64,000 nucleotides of DNA from an uncultured Acidobacteriota bacterium (GTDB lineage: Bacteria; Acidobacteriota; UBA6911; RPQK01; JAPXNP01). Positions within the stretch are counted from its first letter, which is position 1, and the number at the start of each line of letters is the position of its first letter. The translations under genes and the position numbers were made by a program. Under the pieces are notes generated by a model. It did no database searches, was not told where the DNA came from, and worked only from the letters and a program-made list of their open reading frames with translations. The stretch is taken from the NCBI GenBank assembly GCA_963777605.1, contig CAVZRV010000010.1, positions 128,001 to 192,000 on the forward strand, given 5' to 3'. Below, one piece after another: positions 20,314 to 29,750 of this stretch.

Positions 20314-22032
20314 ATGCATGAGGAGAATCCATTGAACCGCAATTTGATTCGCTTTGCCGGACAGGCCCGGGTTCGCCTCTCGGGCGTGATTCTTGGACTT
20401 CTCGGGCTGCTGGCCTGCCCTCTTCTGGCCGCCGAAACCAGGCCCAAGTCGCCAGCTATCTCAGGAGTCGTGAAGGATCCCTCCGGATTCCTCATCCCCG
20501 GCTGCTCCGTCTCGCTAGTCACAACCGAGCTCCAACAGCTGAACCAGACGCTGACCAGCGACCTTGGACAATTCACCTTTGAAAACGTTCAGCCGGGTAG
20601 CTACGTTGTCGATGTCCAAGCAGCGGGATTCAAGGACCGGCGTGTCGAAAATGTCCTCCTGACCTCAGACCAGGCAGTCAAGCTCGAGATTGTCCTTGAA
20701 CTGGCGAGCCGGACCGACCAGGCGGAAGTGGTCGCCCAACGGGAAGAGGCGGGAGAGGAGACCAAGCTCAAGCTGATCGACCATCCCCTCGATCCCCCTG
20801 AATTCATGCGGCAGGAACTTCCTCGTCAGCCGTTACTGAAGCGGGGTCGCCTTTACTCCGACTGGTTCGGGATTCGGACCGGCGATCGATTTGTGAACCA
20901 ACTCAGCAACCGTGCCAAGATGGAGTTCGGAGAACCCGGCCTGGGCTGGAACGCCCGTTTCGATTTTCGCGATCGGGTCACCCTCGGGGGCAGCACATCC
21001 CACATCCTGAGCGTTTACGATGCCCGCCTGGTCTATGACAATGTTCGGCATCCGCTCTATGCATCCGTCGGCCAGATGAACCTTTACGATACGGCCGGCA
21101 TCGGGGAACTCCTGGGGGGCCTCTTCGGAGTGAGACCAACCACCCGGCTCCTGGTTGGGGGCTACGGGGGACTTAAACCCGACCTTTACCGAACCCAGGT
21201 AGACCCGGCATTCAGAAAGTACGGCCTCTTCGCTCGCTACGTCGGCCCCAAGGCCCAGAGTTTCTCGATCAGCTACAATCAGTTGCGATACTCGGGGAAC
21301 ACCGAACGGAGTTATCTCTATTTCAACGGACTGACCAACGTCGGTGACCGGGCGGTCCTCTACGGGAACGCCGAGTTCGAACTCGGGTCCCACATCCGGT
21401 CCTCGGACCGCCTTTCGCGCTTGTTTCTGAACGGTCGCTTCGACCTGAGCCGGCGGTTCGACCTGATCGCGAACTACAGCAGCGGAAAAGGCCTCGACTT
21501 TCACCGGTTTCTCCTGGAGCGGGCTCAGGATCCTTTGGGCAACCAGAACGAACTGGAGCGCTTCTATTACAACTCCCAGTACGGCATCCGCCTCCGCTAT
21601 CGCCTGTCCGACAACTGGCGTGTGTTCTTCGGTCAACGGATGAGCGAGCGGAAGGATATCTCGATCCAGAACCGGACCACTCAGCTCGGAGTCACGGCTT
21701 CGCGGATTCGCGATCTCGGACTATCTCTCTATGCCAACTACAACATCAACCGGGGCGATGCCTCGGAGTCCGATTCGTTCTACCTTTCGATCTCAAAGAC
21801 ACTCGGGAAACATTCTTGGAGCACGAGTTACTCGACATCGTTTAACGGCCTGCGATTCAACAGTGCGGCTGGCGTTCCCGAGGTGGTCCACCTGGCGTCG
21901 CGAAGCACGCTTTTCAACGAACTCTTCTTCGTTATCAACCGGACTCTTGCCCTTTCATTCCAGCACGAACACACATTTGGTCTGATCCAGGGGGAGGACC
22001 TCTTCTTCGTCCGTTTCATTTTGAGGATGTAG
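20314..22032 (+). CDS. Outer-membrane beta-barrel (porin) with an N-terminal carboxypeptidase-regulatory-like domain
   Basis: Signal peptide; ISGVVKDPSG...GQFTFENVQPGSYVVDVQAAGF; ~400-aa amphipathic Tyr/Phe/Gly-rich beta strands ending FFVRFILRM. Confidence 0.78.
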   Translation: MHEENPLNRNLIRFAGQARVRLSGVILGLLGLLACPLLAAETRPKSPAISGVVKDPSGFLIPGCSVSLVTTELQQLNQTLTSDLGQFTFENVQPGSYVVDVQAAGFKDRRVENVLLTSDQAVKLEIVLELASRTDQAEVVAQREEAGEETKLKLIDHPLDPPEFMRQELPRQPLLKRGRLYSDWFGIRTGDRFVNQLSNRAKMEFGEPGLGWNARFDFRDRVTLGGSTSHILSVYDARLVYDNVRHPLYASVGQMNLYDTAGIGELLGGLFGVRPTTRLLVGGYGGLKPDLYRTQVDPAFRKYGLFARYVGPKAQSFSISYNQLRYSGNTERSYLYFNGLTNVGDRAVLYGNAEFELGSHIRSSDRLSRLFLNGRFDLSRRFDLIANYSSGKGLDFHRFLLERAQDPLGNQNELERFYYNSQYGIRLRYRLSDNWRVFFGQRMSERKDISIQNRTTQLGVTASRIRDLGLSLYANYNINRGDASESDSFYLSISKTLGKHSWSTSYSTSFNGLRFNSAAGVPEVVHLASRSTLFNELFFVINRTLALSFQHEHTFGLIQGEDLFFVRFILRM

Positions 22033-22040
22033 GTGTCTCG

Positions 22041-23495
22041 ATGAACTACCTCGTTTGGTTTGGAATATTCCTGGTACTCGCCATTCTCGCCACCGTTCCG
22101 GTGCACTTTCACCTTTCCTCCATGAGTAAGAAGGAGTCCGGATCGGACCGCGGGCCCGGAAGCGGAGTTAAACTTCGGGATTGCCCGGGCTGCGGCAGCC
22201 CGACGCCGGTCGATGCGGCGTTTTGCGACAAGTGCGGCGTTCCGATGATGCTCTGGTCGTTGAAGCAAGCTCGGGAGGTCCAGGGAGAGCAGCAGAACCA
22301 GGGAAAAGCGGTACCCATCATCGATCAAGATGTCTGCATCGGATGCAGTGCCTGTGTCAACGCCTGCGATGAAGCCGTGCTGGAAATCGTGGCCGGTAAG
22401 TCCGCCGTCACCAATGTGAGTGCCTGCACCAGTGCCGGGACCTGTGTCGAAGTCTGCCCGACCGGCGCTTGCCAGCTTGGGGGCGGCGGTGCCGCCCGTC
22501 GAGTCGAGGTGCCGCAGATCGACGGGGACTTCCAGACCAACCAGGCCGGTGTCTATGCCGTCGGCGAACTCGGTGGCCTGGGACTAATCAAAAGCGCAAT
22601 CGCGGAAGGCCAAATGGTAATCGAGCGGATCGCCCCCAACCATGAACCGCGAGAGGGGGTGCTCGACCTGGTGATCGTCGGATCGGGACCTGCGGGACTG
22701 TCGGCGGCCCTGGCGGCCAAAACCAAGGGCCTGTCGGCCATCATCCTTGAGCAGGGGAACCTCGCCAACACCATCCGGAAGTACCCCAATCGGAAGATCG
22801 TCATGGCGGAACCGATCAAGATCCCCATGTACGGCTCGCTCTGGATCTCGGACGCACCCAAGGAAACTCTCCTCGGAGTCTGGCAGACCATCATCGACTC
22901 ATCCGGGATCGCCGTGAACGAAAACGAGAAAGTCCTTTCCATCCAGCGCCAGGACGATGGAACCTTCGTCACTGGAACGCCCAAAGGCACATACCACAGC
23001 CAGAAGGTCATTCTCGCCATCGGGAAGCGCGGAACTCCCAATGAACTCCCGGCGCCCGGAGCCGGGTTGCCTAAGGTCCTTTACACCCTGACCGACACGG
23101 CCCAATACCGTGACAGCAGGATCCTTGTCGTCGGCGGGGGAGACTCGGCGGCCGAGGCAGCGATTACGCTGGCTCGCCAGCCCGGCAACGAGGTGGTCAT
23201 GTCCTACCGGCGCGCTGAGTTCACTCGCCTGAAGCCCAAGAACCTGGAGGGAATCGAGTCAAGCACTGCATCCGGAGAAGTTCGCCTGCTGCTCGGAAGC
23301 CAGGTTACAGAGGTGACCCCGTCCACCGTCTCAGTTCTGCTTTCGTCCGGAGAAGTTCAGACCATTGAGAACGATTACGTGTTCGCTTTTCTGGGCGGAA
23401 CCTCGCCGAAGAGCTTCCTGGCAGAGATCGGTGTCGAGATGGTGACCAAGGAAGTCGCAATGGAGCTTCAGAAAGGGCATCATGAAGCGGTTTAG
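22041..23495 (+). CDS. Membrane-anchored zinc-ribbon / ferredoxin / TrxR-fold FAD-NADP(H) oxidoreductase
   Basis: N-terminal TM helix; CPGC..CDKC; CIGCSACVNAC and CTSAGTCVEVCP; GSGPAG (FAD); GGGDSA plus YRR (NADP); no redox CxxC. Confidence 0.88.
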   Translation: MNYLVWFGIFLVLAILATVPVHFHLSSMSKKESGSDRGPGSGVKLRDCPGCGSPTPVDAAFCDKCGVPMMLWSLKQAREVQGEQQNQGKAVPIIDQDVCIGCSACVNACDEAVLEIVAGKSAVTNVSACTSAGTCVEVCPTGACQLGGGGAARRVEVPQIDGDFQTNQAGVYAVGELGGLGLIKSAIAEGQMVIERIAPNHEPREGVLDLVIVGSGPAGLSAALAAKTKGLSAIILEQGNLANTIRKYPNRKIVMAEPIKIPMYGSLWISDAPKETLLGVWQTIIDSSGIAVNENEKVLSIQRQDDGTFVTGTPKGTYHSQKVILAIGKRGTPNELPAPGAGLPKVLYTLTDTAQYRDSRILVVGGGDSAAEAAITLARQPGNEVVMSYRRAEFTRLKPKNLEGIESSTASGEVRLLLGSQVTEVTPSTVSVLLSSGEVQTIENDYVFAFLGGTSPKSFLAEIGVEMVTKEVAMELQKGHHEAV

Positions 23496-26400
23496 ACCTT
23501 CCCAGTGGGCCGTCCTTCTGGTACTTCCGGTGCTTCTCTGCTCGGTGGTTCCAGCCCAGGAGGGTTCGCGGGGCCGGGTTTTCGAGCACGACAAAACGAA
23601 CTTTCCGCTCACCGGCCGGCACCGGACAATAGCTTGCGCCGAGTGCCACCTCGGCGGGCAACTTGAAGGCACTCCGGTCGCGTGCGAAGCCTGCCACTGG
23701 GACCGCCGCCAGGACGACCGTTACAACCTCCAGCTTGGAATCAACTGCGCCGAGTGTCACACCACGGAAGGCTGGAAGGCGGTTTCAGCAGACGCCTGGA
23801 ACCACGAGGCACGCACCGGGTTCCGCCTCGAGGGCTATCACCGGTCAATCGAGTGCACCGACTGTCACACAGACGGATTCGAGGGACTCTCCCCTGATTG
23901 CATTTCCTGTCATCAAGGCGACTTTGAGCGGGCAGAGAGCCCCAATCACGTCGCCCTGGCCTTCCCGAATGACTGCGTGCTCTGTCACACCAGCCAGACC
24001 AGTTGGGGCGGCGCAGTTTTCAATCACGCGAATTTCCCCTTGCGCGGGCAGCACCAGACGGTGGCCTGCGTGACTTGTCACAAAGACGGCGTCTTTGAGG
24101 GCTTGGCCTCGGAGTGCATTGCCTGTCACCGTCCCGATTTCGAGTCCACAACCGACCCGAACCATGTCACCGCTGGCTTCCCCACCGATTGCGTCAATTG
24201 CCACGGAGATTCGGCAACCAGCTGGGACAACGCCGACTTCGATCACTCCAGCTTTCCCCTCCGCGGCAAGCACGAGACCGCATTGTGCAGTTCCTGCCAC
24301 GCCGATGGTGTCTTCGCCGGCCTTGCCTCGGACTGCATCTCGTGTCACCGATCGGAATTCGAATCAACAACCGATCCGAACCATGTCGCCGCCGGATTCT
24401 CCAACGATTGCGCCTCCTGCCATGGCGGCCAGGCAACCGCCTGGGACGGCGCAACCTTCGAGCATGACAACTGGCCACTGCGCGGCCAGCACCAGGCCAC
24501 CGCCTGCGCCACCTGCCACAAGGACGGGGTGTTTGCAGGCCTGGCCTCGGAGTGTATCTCTTGTCACCGTCCCGAGTTTGAAGCGACGACCGATCCCAAC
24601 CACGTCACCGCGGGCTTTCCCACGGATTGCGTCACCTGCCACGGAGATTCGGCAACCAGTTGGGACAATGCCGACTTTAATCACGACACATTCCCTCTGC
24701 GCGGCAAGCATGAGACCGCATTGTGCAGTTCCTGCCACAAGGATGGTGTCTTCGCCGGGCTGGCCTCGGACTGCATCTCGTGTCACCGATCGGAATTCGA
24801 ATCAACAACCGATCCGAACCATGTGGCGGCCGGATTCTCCAACGACTGCGTCTCCTGTCATGGCGACCAGGCAACCGCCTGGGACGGCGCAACCTTCGAG
24901 CATGACAACTGGCCACTGCGGGGCCAGCACCAGACCACGGCGGCCTGCGCCACCTGCCACAAGAACGGCGTCTTTGCGGGTCTCGCCTCCGATTGTGTCT
25001 CCTGCCACCGGTCCGAGTTCGATTCCACGACGGACCCGAACCACGTCACTGCGGGATTCCCCACGGATTGCGTGACCTGCCACGGGACTCCGCCACCCGG
25101 TGGGACAAGGCCACCTTCGATCACGACTCCTGGCCTTTGAAAGGACAGCACCAGACGGTGGCCTGCGCCACCTGTCACAAGAACGGCGTCTTTGCGGGTC
25201 TCGCCTCCGATTGTGTCTCCTGCCACCGGTCCGAGTTCGATTCCGCGACGGACCCGAACCAGTCAGTTGCTGGATTCCCCACGGATTGCGTGACCTGCCA
25301 TGGAGACTCCGCCACCACCTGGGACAAGGCCACCTTCGACCACGACTCCTGGCCTTTGAAAGGACAGCACCAGACGGTGGCCTGCGCCACCTGTCACAAG
25401 AACGGCGTCTTTGCGGGTCTCGCCTCCGATTGTGTCTCCTGCCACCGGTCCGAGTTCGATTCCGCGACGGACCCGAACCACGTCGTTGCTGGATTCCCCA
25501 CGGATTGCGTGACCTGCCACGGAGACTCCGCCACCACCTGGGACAATGCCACCTTCGACCACGACTCCTGGCCTTTGAAAGGACAGCACCAGACGGTGGC
25601 CTGCGCCACCTGTCACAAGAACGGCGTCTTTGCGGGTCTCGCCTCCGATTGTGTCTCCTGCCACCGGTCCGATTTCGATTCCGCGACGGACCCGAACCAC
25701 GTCACTGCGGGATTCCCTACGGATTGCGTGACCTGCCATGGTGACTCCGCCACCCGGTGGGACGGGGCCACCTTCGATCATGACTCCTGGCCTTTGAAGG
25801 GACAGCACCAGACGGTGGCCTGCGCCACCTGTCACAAGGATGGAGTCTTCGCCGGACTGGCCTCGGAGTGCGTTTCCTGCCACCGATCCGATTTCGATTC
25901 TGCGACGGACCCGAACCACGTCACTGCTGGATTCCCCACGGATTGCGTGACCTGCCATGGTGATTCCGCCACCCGCTGGGACAGGGCCACCTTTGATCAT
26001 GACTCCTGGCCTTTGAAGGGACAGCACCAGACGGTGGCCTGCGCCACCTGTCACAAGAACGGCGTCTTTGCGGGACTCGCCTCCGACTGTGTCTCCTGCC
26101 ACCGATCCGAGTTCGATTCCGCGACGGACCCCAACCACGTCAGTGCGGGATTCCCCACGGATTGCGTGACCTGCCATGGTGATTCGGCAACCCGGTGGGA
26201 CGGGGCCACCTTTGATCATGACTCCTGGCCTTTGAAGGGACAGCATCAGACGGTGGCCTGCGCCACCTGTCACAAGGATGGAGTCTTCGCCGGACTGGCA
26301 TCGGAGTGCGTTTCCTGCCACCGATCCGAGTTCGATTCTGCGACGGACCCGAACCACGTCATGCGGGATTTCCTACGGATTGCGTGACCTGCCATGGTGA

Positions 26401-26848
26401 TTCGGCAACCCGGTGGGACGGGGCCACCTTTGACCATTCGGTTTGGCCCCTGCAGGGCGCACACCGGACCCTCAGTTGCCAGACTTGTCACAGCGCTGGA
26501 TACAACCTGCCTCGAGACTGCTACGGCTGTCATGCCGCCGATTACAACTCGACACAAAGTCCCAATCATTCGGCCTCGGGATTCCCGACAACGTGTGACT
26601 CCTGCCACTTCCCCGAACATGTCTACTGGAACCAGGCCGTTTTTCAGCATGACTTCCCGATCACTTCTGGGGCCCACAGGAATGTTGAGTGCCAGGAATG
26701 TCACCTCACCGCCAACTTCCTCGAATTCAGCTGCATCGACTGCCATGAGCACGCAAAAAATGAAACCGATCGACACCACCGAGAGGTCGGCGGCTACGTT
26801 TACAACAGCCAGGCGTGCTATTCCTGCCACCCCAATGGGCGCGAGTAA
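23482..26848 (+). CDS. Giant exported multiheme cytochrome c, 45 CxxCH motifs, ~1122 aa after repairing two single-base deletions (~25086, ~26361)
   Basis: Three overlapping ORFs carry 21+17+7 CxxCH motifs; neighbouring repeats show the missing bases (cacgg[a]gactcc and gtca[c]tgcggga); signal peptide ...VVPA|Q. Confidence 0.9.
24019..26428 (+). repeat. Eleven tandem 219-bp (73-aa) coding repeats, each a tri-heme module
   Basis: Unit consensus FDHDSWPLKGQHQTVACATCHKNGVFAGLASDCVSCHRSEFDSATDPNHVTAGFPTDCVTCHGDSATRWDGAT; shadow ORFs recur at 219- and 438-bp offsets. Confidence 0.95.
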
Positions 26849-26859
26849 AGGAAACAACT

Positions 26860-27711
26860 ATGAGAAATACAGCTCTGATTTTGGTTGCGTTACTTGTCCT
26901 AACCACCTGGACTGCTTGCAACTCCCAGGCCGATCTGGTGACTGCAGAAACAGGCGCAACAGGAATCCAGGTGGTTGCGGCTCACACCGCGGACACTACG
27001 CAGGCGCCACAGCCCGCATCTACTTCAATGCCGCCTGAAACGGAAGATCTTCCCAAGAGCGAGGGCCAGGATCAGTTGATCCGTGGAACGGTCACCGAGG
27101 TGATCGAAGCGAGCCAGTACGTCTACGTCTGCGTAAATTCCGGAAGCGAATCTCGATGGGTCGCCACCAACTCGCTCGACGTAAAATCTGGAGACTCCGT
27201 GGAGTTCGAGCAGGGCCTCCTGATGAGAAACTTCAAGAGCCCCTCAATGGGCAGGGTCTTTCCGGCGATCCTCTTTGTTCAGGGTCTGCAGGTCACCAGT
27301 CGCCCGACTGTCCAGGTCACAGCAGTGAAAGGACTCCCCTCCGGGCACCCCTCCGTCCCCAAGAGCGCGCGTACCGCGGCCCGGGAGGTAGCCCGTCCCA
27401 ACCCGGGTTCGATTCCCCGGCTGAAGGATACGCTGACAATTGAGGCAATCCAGAAAGATCAGGAGGCTCTCAACGGAAAGGCGGTGTCGGTGGTCGGAAT
27501 GGTCACGAAAGTCAGCGCCAACATCATGGATCGTAACTGGATTCACCTGGTTGATGAAGACGGGCGCGAGCTGGTGGTCACCTCCAGCGCTACCGCTGTT
27601 CCCGGCTCCATCCAGGTCGCCCGGGGAACTCTCGTTGTCGGCAAGGCTTTTGAAACCGGGTACTACGTTCCACTTCTCCTCGAGAATTCAACGTTGGATT
27701 CCGCTTCCTGA
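26860..27711 (+). CDS. NrfJ-like / tandem OB-fold lipoprotein with an LPSGHP motif
   Basis: WTAC lipobox-like; GTVTEVIEASQYVYV...LMRNFKSPSMGRVFPAILFV; GLPSGHP linker; GKAVSVVGMVTKVSANIMDRNWIHL second domain. Confidence 0.65.
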   Translation: MRNTALILVALLVLTTWTACNSQADLVTAETGATGIQVVAAHTADTTQAPQPASTSMPPETEDLPKSEGQDQLIRGTVTEVIEASQYVYVCVNSGSESRWVATNSLDVKSGDSVEFEQGLLMRNFKSPSMGRVFPAILFVQGLQVTSRPTVQVTAVKGLPSGHPSVPKSARTAAREVARPNPGSIPRLKDTLTIEAIQKDQEALNGKAVSVVGMVTKVSANIMDRNWIHLVDEDGRELVVTSSATAVPGSIQVARGTLVVGKAFETGYYVPLLLENSTLDSAS

Positions 27712-28034
27712 GTCCGCTGCGGATACAGGCTCCCCCCAGAAGCGATTCGGGGACGGCGCTTGCGGGATCAGGATTGGTGAACAGGGAACAAGCCGCGATC
27801 TACTCACCCAACCCGATCATCATGGGCGAGATTCCTCGCCATTCCATCGTCAGCGCGGTCCTCGACCACACGGCCCACCATCGGGGAGCCCTTACGGTTT
27901 ACCAGCGATTACCCGGCCTCACACCCCTGATACCCCTACATGGAAATGCGAGTTCGCACATTAGCACGGAGAATCCGGCCCATGCCAATCTTTCCTGGCT
28001 TGTCCGGAAAAGCGCAATTCGGTAGTATCCATTG

Positions 28035-29405
28035 ATGTCTCGCCGGTTTCGTTCCGTCCTTTGGGCGCTGATGGTCCTCGGGTTCGGCCCCGCCCCGGTT
28101 GCTCGAGCCCAGGTCGCCAAAGCAGGCGAGAACCCCCCAAATGTCATCCTGCTGGTCCTCGACGCGACTCGCCTCGACCACCTCTCGACTTATGGCTGCC
28201 CCCTCAAAATTACCCCCAGGATTGATGAAATTGCCGCCCGTTCAACCGTGTACGAGCAATGCATAGCGGCGGCTCCATGGACGCTGCCTTCCGTTGCCTC
28301 CCTGATGACCGGACTCTTTCCCCACAGACATGGAGTGAATTGCCAGAACCTGAACCTGCGGGACACCTACACGACCCTGGCCGAGAGACTCCGCGATTCT
28401 GGATATCGGACCGCCGGCTATTCAGGAAACCCCTGGATTGGCTCGTTCTCGGGAATGGCCCAGGGTTTCGAAATCTTTGAGGATATCTGGCGGGAACTGG
28501 GAGACGATCCAGTTGACGCTGGTGCCACAGAAGCGAATCGGCGCGCACTTCAGTGGATTGATTCCCTTCCCGGCGAAGACCCGTTCTTCCTTTACATCCA
28601 CTACATGGAACCCCACTTTCCCTACCGGCCTCCTCGCCCCTTCGATCGCGCGTTTGAATCGCAGCCACTGGATGATGCCGTCCTGGAGCGGGTCCGGAGT
28701 TGGAAAACTCCACGGGAACTCGGATACATCCTCAAAGATCCCAGCAGCCTGATTTCTCCGGAGGAAATGCGTGCTCTTCAGGTCGAATACAAAGGCGAGG
28801 TAGGCTACCTCGATATGCAGATTGGCGCACTGATCGACGCCCTCACCAGCCGTGGCCTGCTCGATAGGAGCCTGCTCGTCATTACGGCCGACCACGGCGA
28901 ACACCTGGGCGATCACCAACTGCTCGATCACAAGTTCTCCGTCTATGAGAACCTGATTCGAGTTCCTCTGATCATCCGCTATCCTGACGGCCACCTGGTG
29001 GGAACCCGGGTGAAACGGCAAGTGCAGAACATCGACCTGGTCCCGACGGTCATGCGCTACACAGGACACGCGGATGTTCCCTGCGACGGAACCGTGCTCC
29101 CTCGACAGGATGACTCGGAGACCCCTGTCCGCATAGCGTTCACGGAGTTTTCCCGGCCCCTCCTGTTCACCGACGTCATCGAGGAGCATTTCCCGATGGC
29201 GGACTATTCCTTCATCGACCGGGCTCTTCTTTCCCTGCGAACCGACCGTTACAAGTTGATCTGGGCGTCCGACGGAAAGAACCAACTCTACGACCTGGCC
29301 AACGATCCGGGAGAGCAGGAGAATTTGATCGGCAGACAGCCTTCAATCGCGAAAGACCTGCTGGAGAGGGCCCGGAAGTTCCAGGAAAAAGGCTCCGGGC
29401 ACTAG
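28035..29405 (+). CDS. Exported sulfatase-family (alkaline phosphatase superfamily) hydrolase
   Basis: PNVILLVLDATRLDHL, APWTLPS, YMEPHFPY, ITADHGE, LYDLANDPGE. Confidence 0.88.
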   Translation: MSRRFRSVLWALMVLGFGPAPVARAQVAKAGENPPNVILLVLDATRLDHLSTYGCPLKITPRIDEIAARSTVYEQCIAAAPWTLPSVASLMTGLFPHRHGVNCQNLNLRDTYTTLAERLRDSGYRTAGYSGNPWIGSFSGMAQGFEIFEDIWRELGDDPVDAGATEANRRALQWIDSLPGEDPFFLYIHYMEPHFPYRPPRPFDRAFESQPLDDAVLERVRSWKTPRELGYILKDPSSLISPEEMRALQVEYKGEVGYLDMQIGALIDALTSRGLLDRSLLVITADHGEHLGDHQLLDHKFSVYENLIRVPLIIRYPDGHLVGTRVKRQVQNIDLVPTVMRYTGHADVPCDGTVLPRQDDSETPVRIAFTEFSRPLLFTDVIEEHFPMADYSFIDRALLSLRTDRYKLIWASDGKNQLYDLANDPGEQENLIGRQPSIAKDLLERARKFQEKGSGH

Positions 29406-29415
29406 TGACAGGACA

Positions 29416-29703
29416 CTAGCGCCGGTCTCTTCGATATCGGTACCCCTGGTGGCTTCCTCCCCCGAGCAGTCCAAGGTCGATCAAAACCGCGACGACAAAG
29501 AGGATCAGGTAGATACCGTTCACGGAGTGGTTTTCGTTCATCGAAAAGGCATAGGCAATCGTGGTAGTCGGGAAAGCAATGAATCCGAGGAGCGGCCATA
29601 TCGTCGTCATGTAGGCACGCCCCAGGTAGTCACTGAAGAGGAAAAGCAACACGATCACCAACCGGGGAACGGCGAGCGCCAAACACCCAAGCAGACAAGG
29701 CAT
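29416..29703 (-). CDS. Small membrane protein (3 TM)
   Basis: 95 aa, hydrophobic, basic C-terminal tail; TAGAAT 6 nt upstream of the ATG. Confidence 0.7.
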   Translation of the reverse strand: MPCLLGCLALAVPRLVIVLLFLFSDYLGRAYMTTIWPLLGFIAFPTTTIAYAFSMNENHSVNGIYLILFVVAVLIDLGLLGGGSHQGYRYRRDRR

Positions 29704-29750
29704 GGTTTAATTCTAGCGCAATAATCCTCAAATCGGTATCTTTCTCCGGG

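Noticed and set aside
25075-26370. Programmed ribosomal frameshifting producing 21-, 38- and 45-heme isoforms
   Set aside because: No slippery heptamer at either site, sibling repeats retain the missing base, and similar indels occur throughout the window; sequencing error is more parsimonious, though reads are needed to settle it.
24019-26428. CRISPR array or non-coding satellite
   Set aside because: Units are 219 bp, contiguous, have no unique spacers and encode in-frame CxxCH modules.
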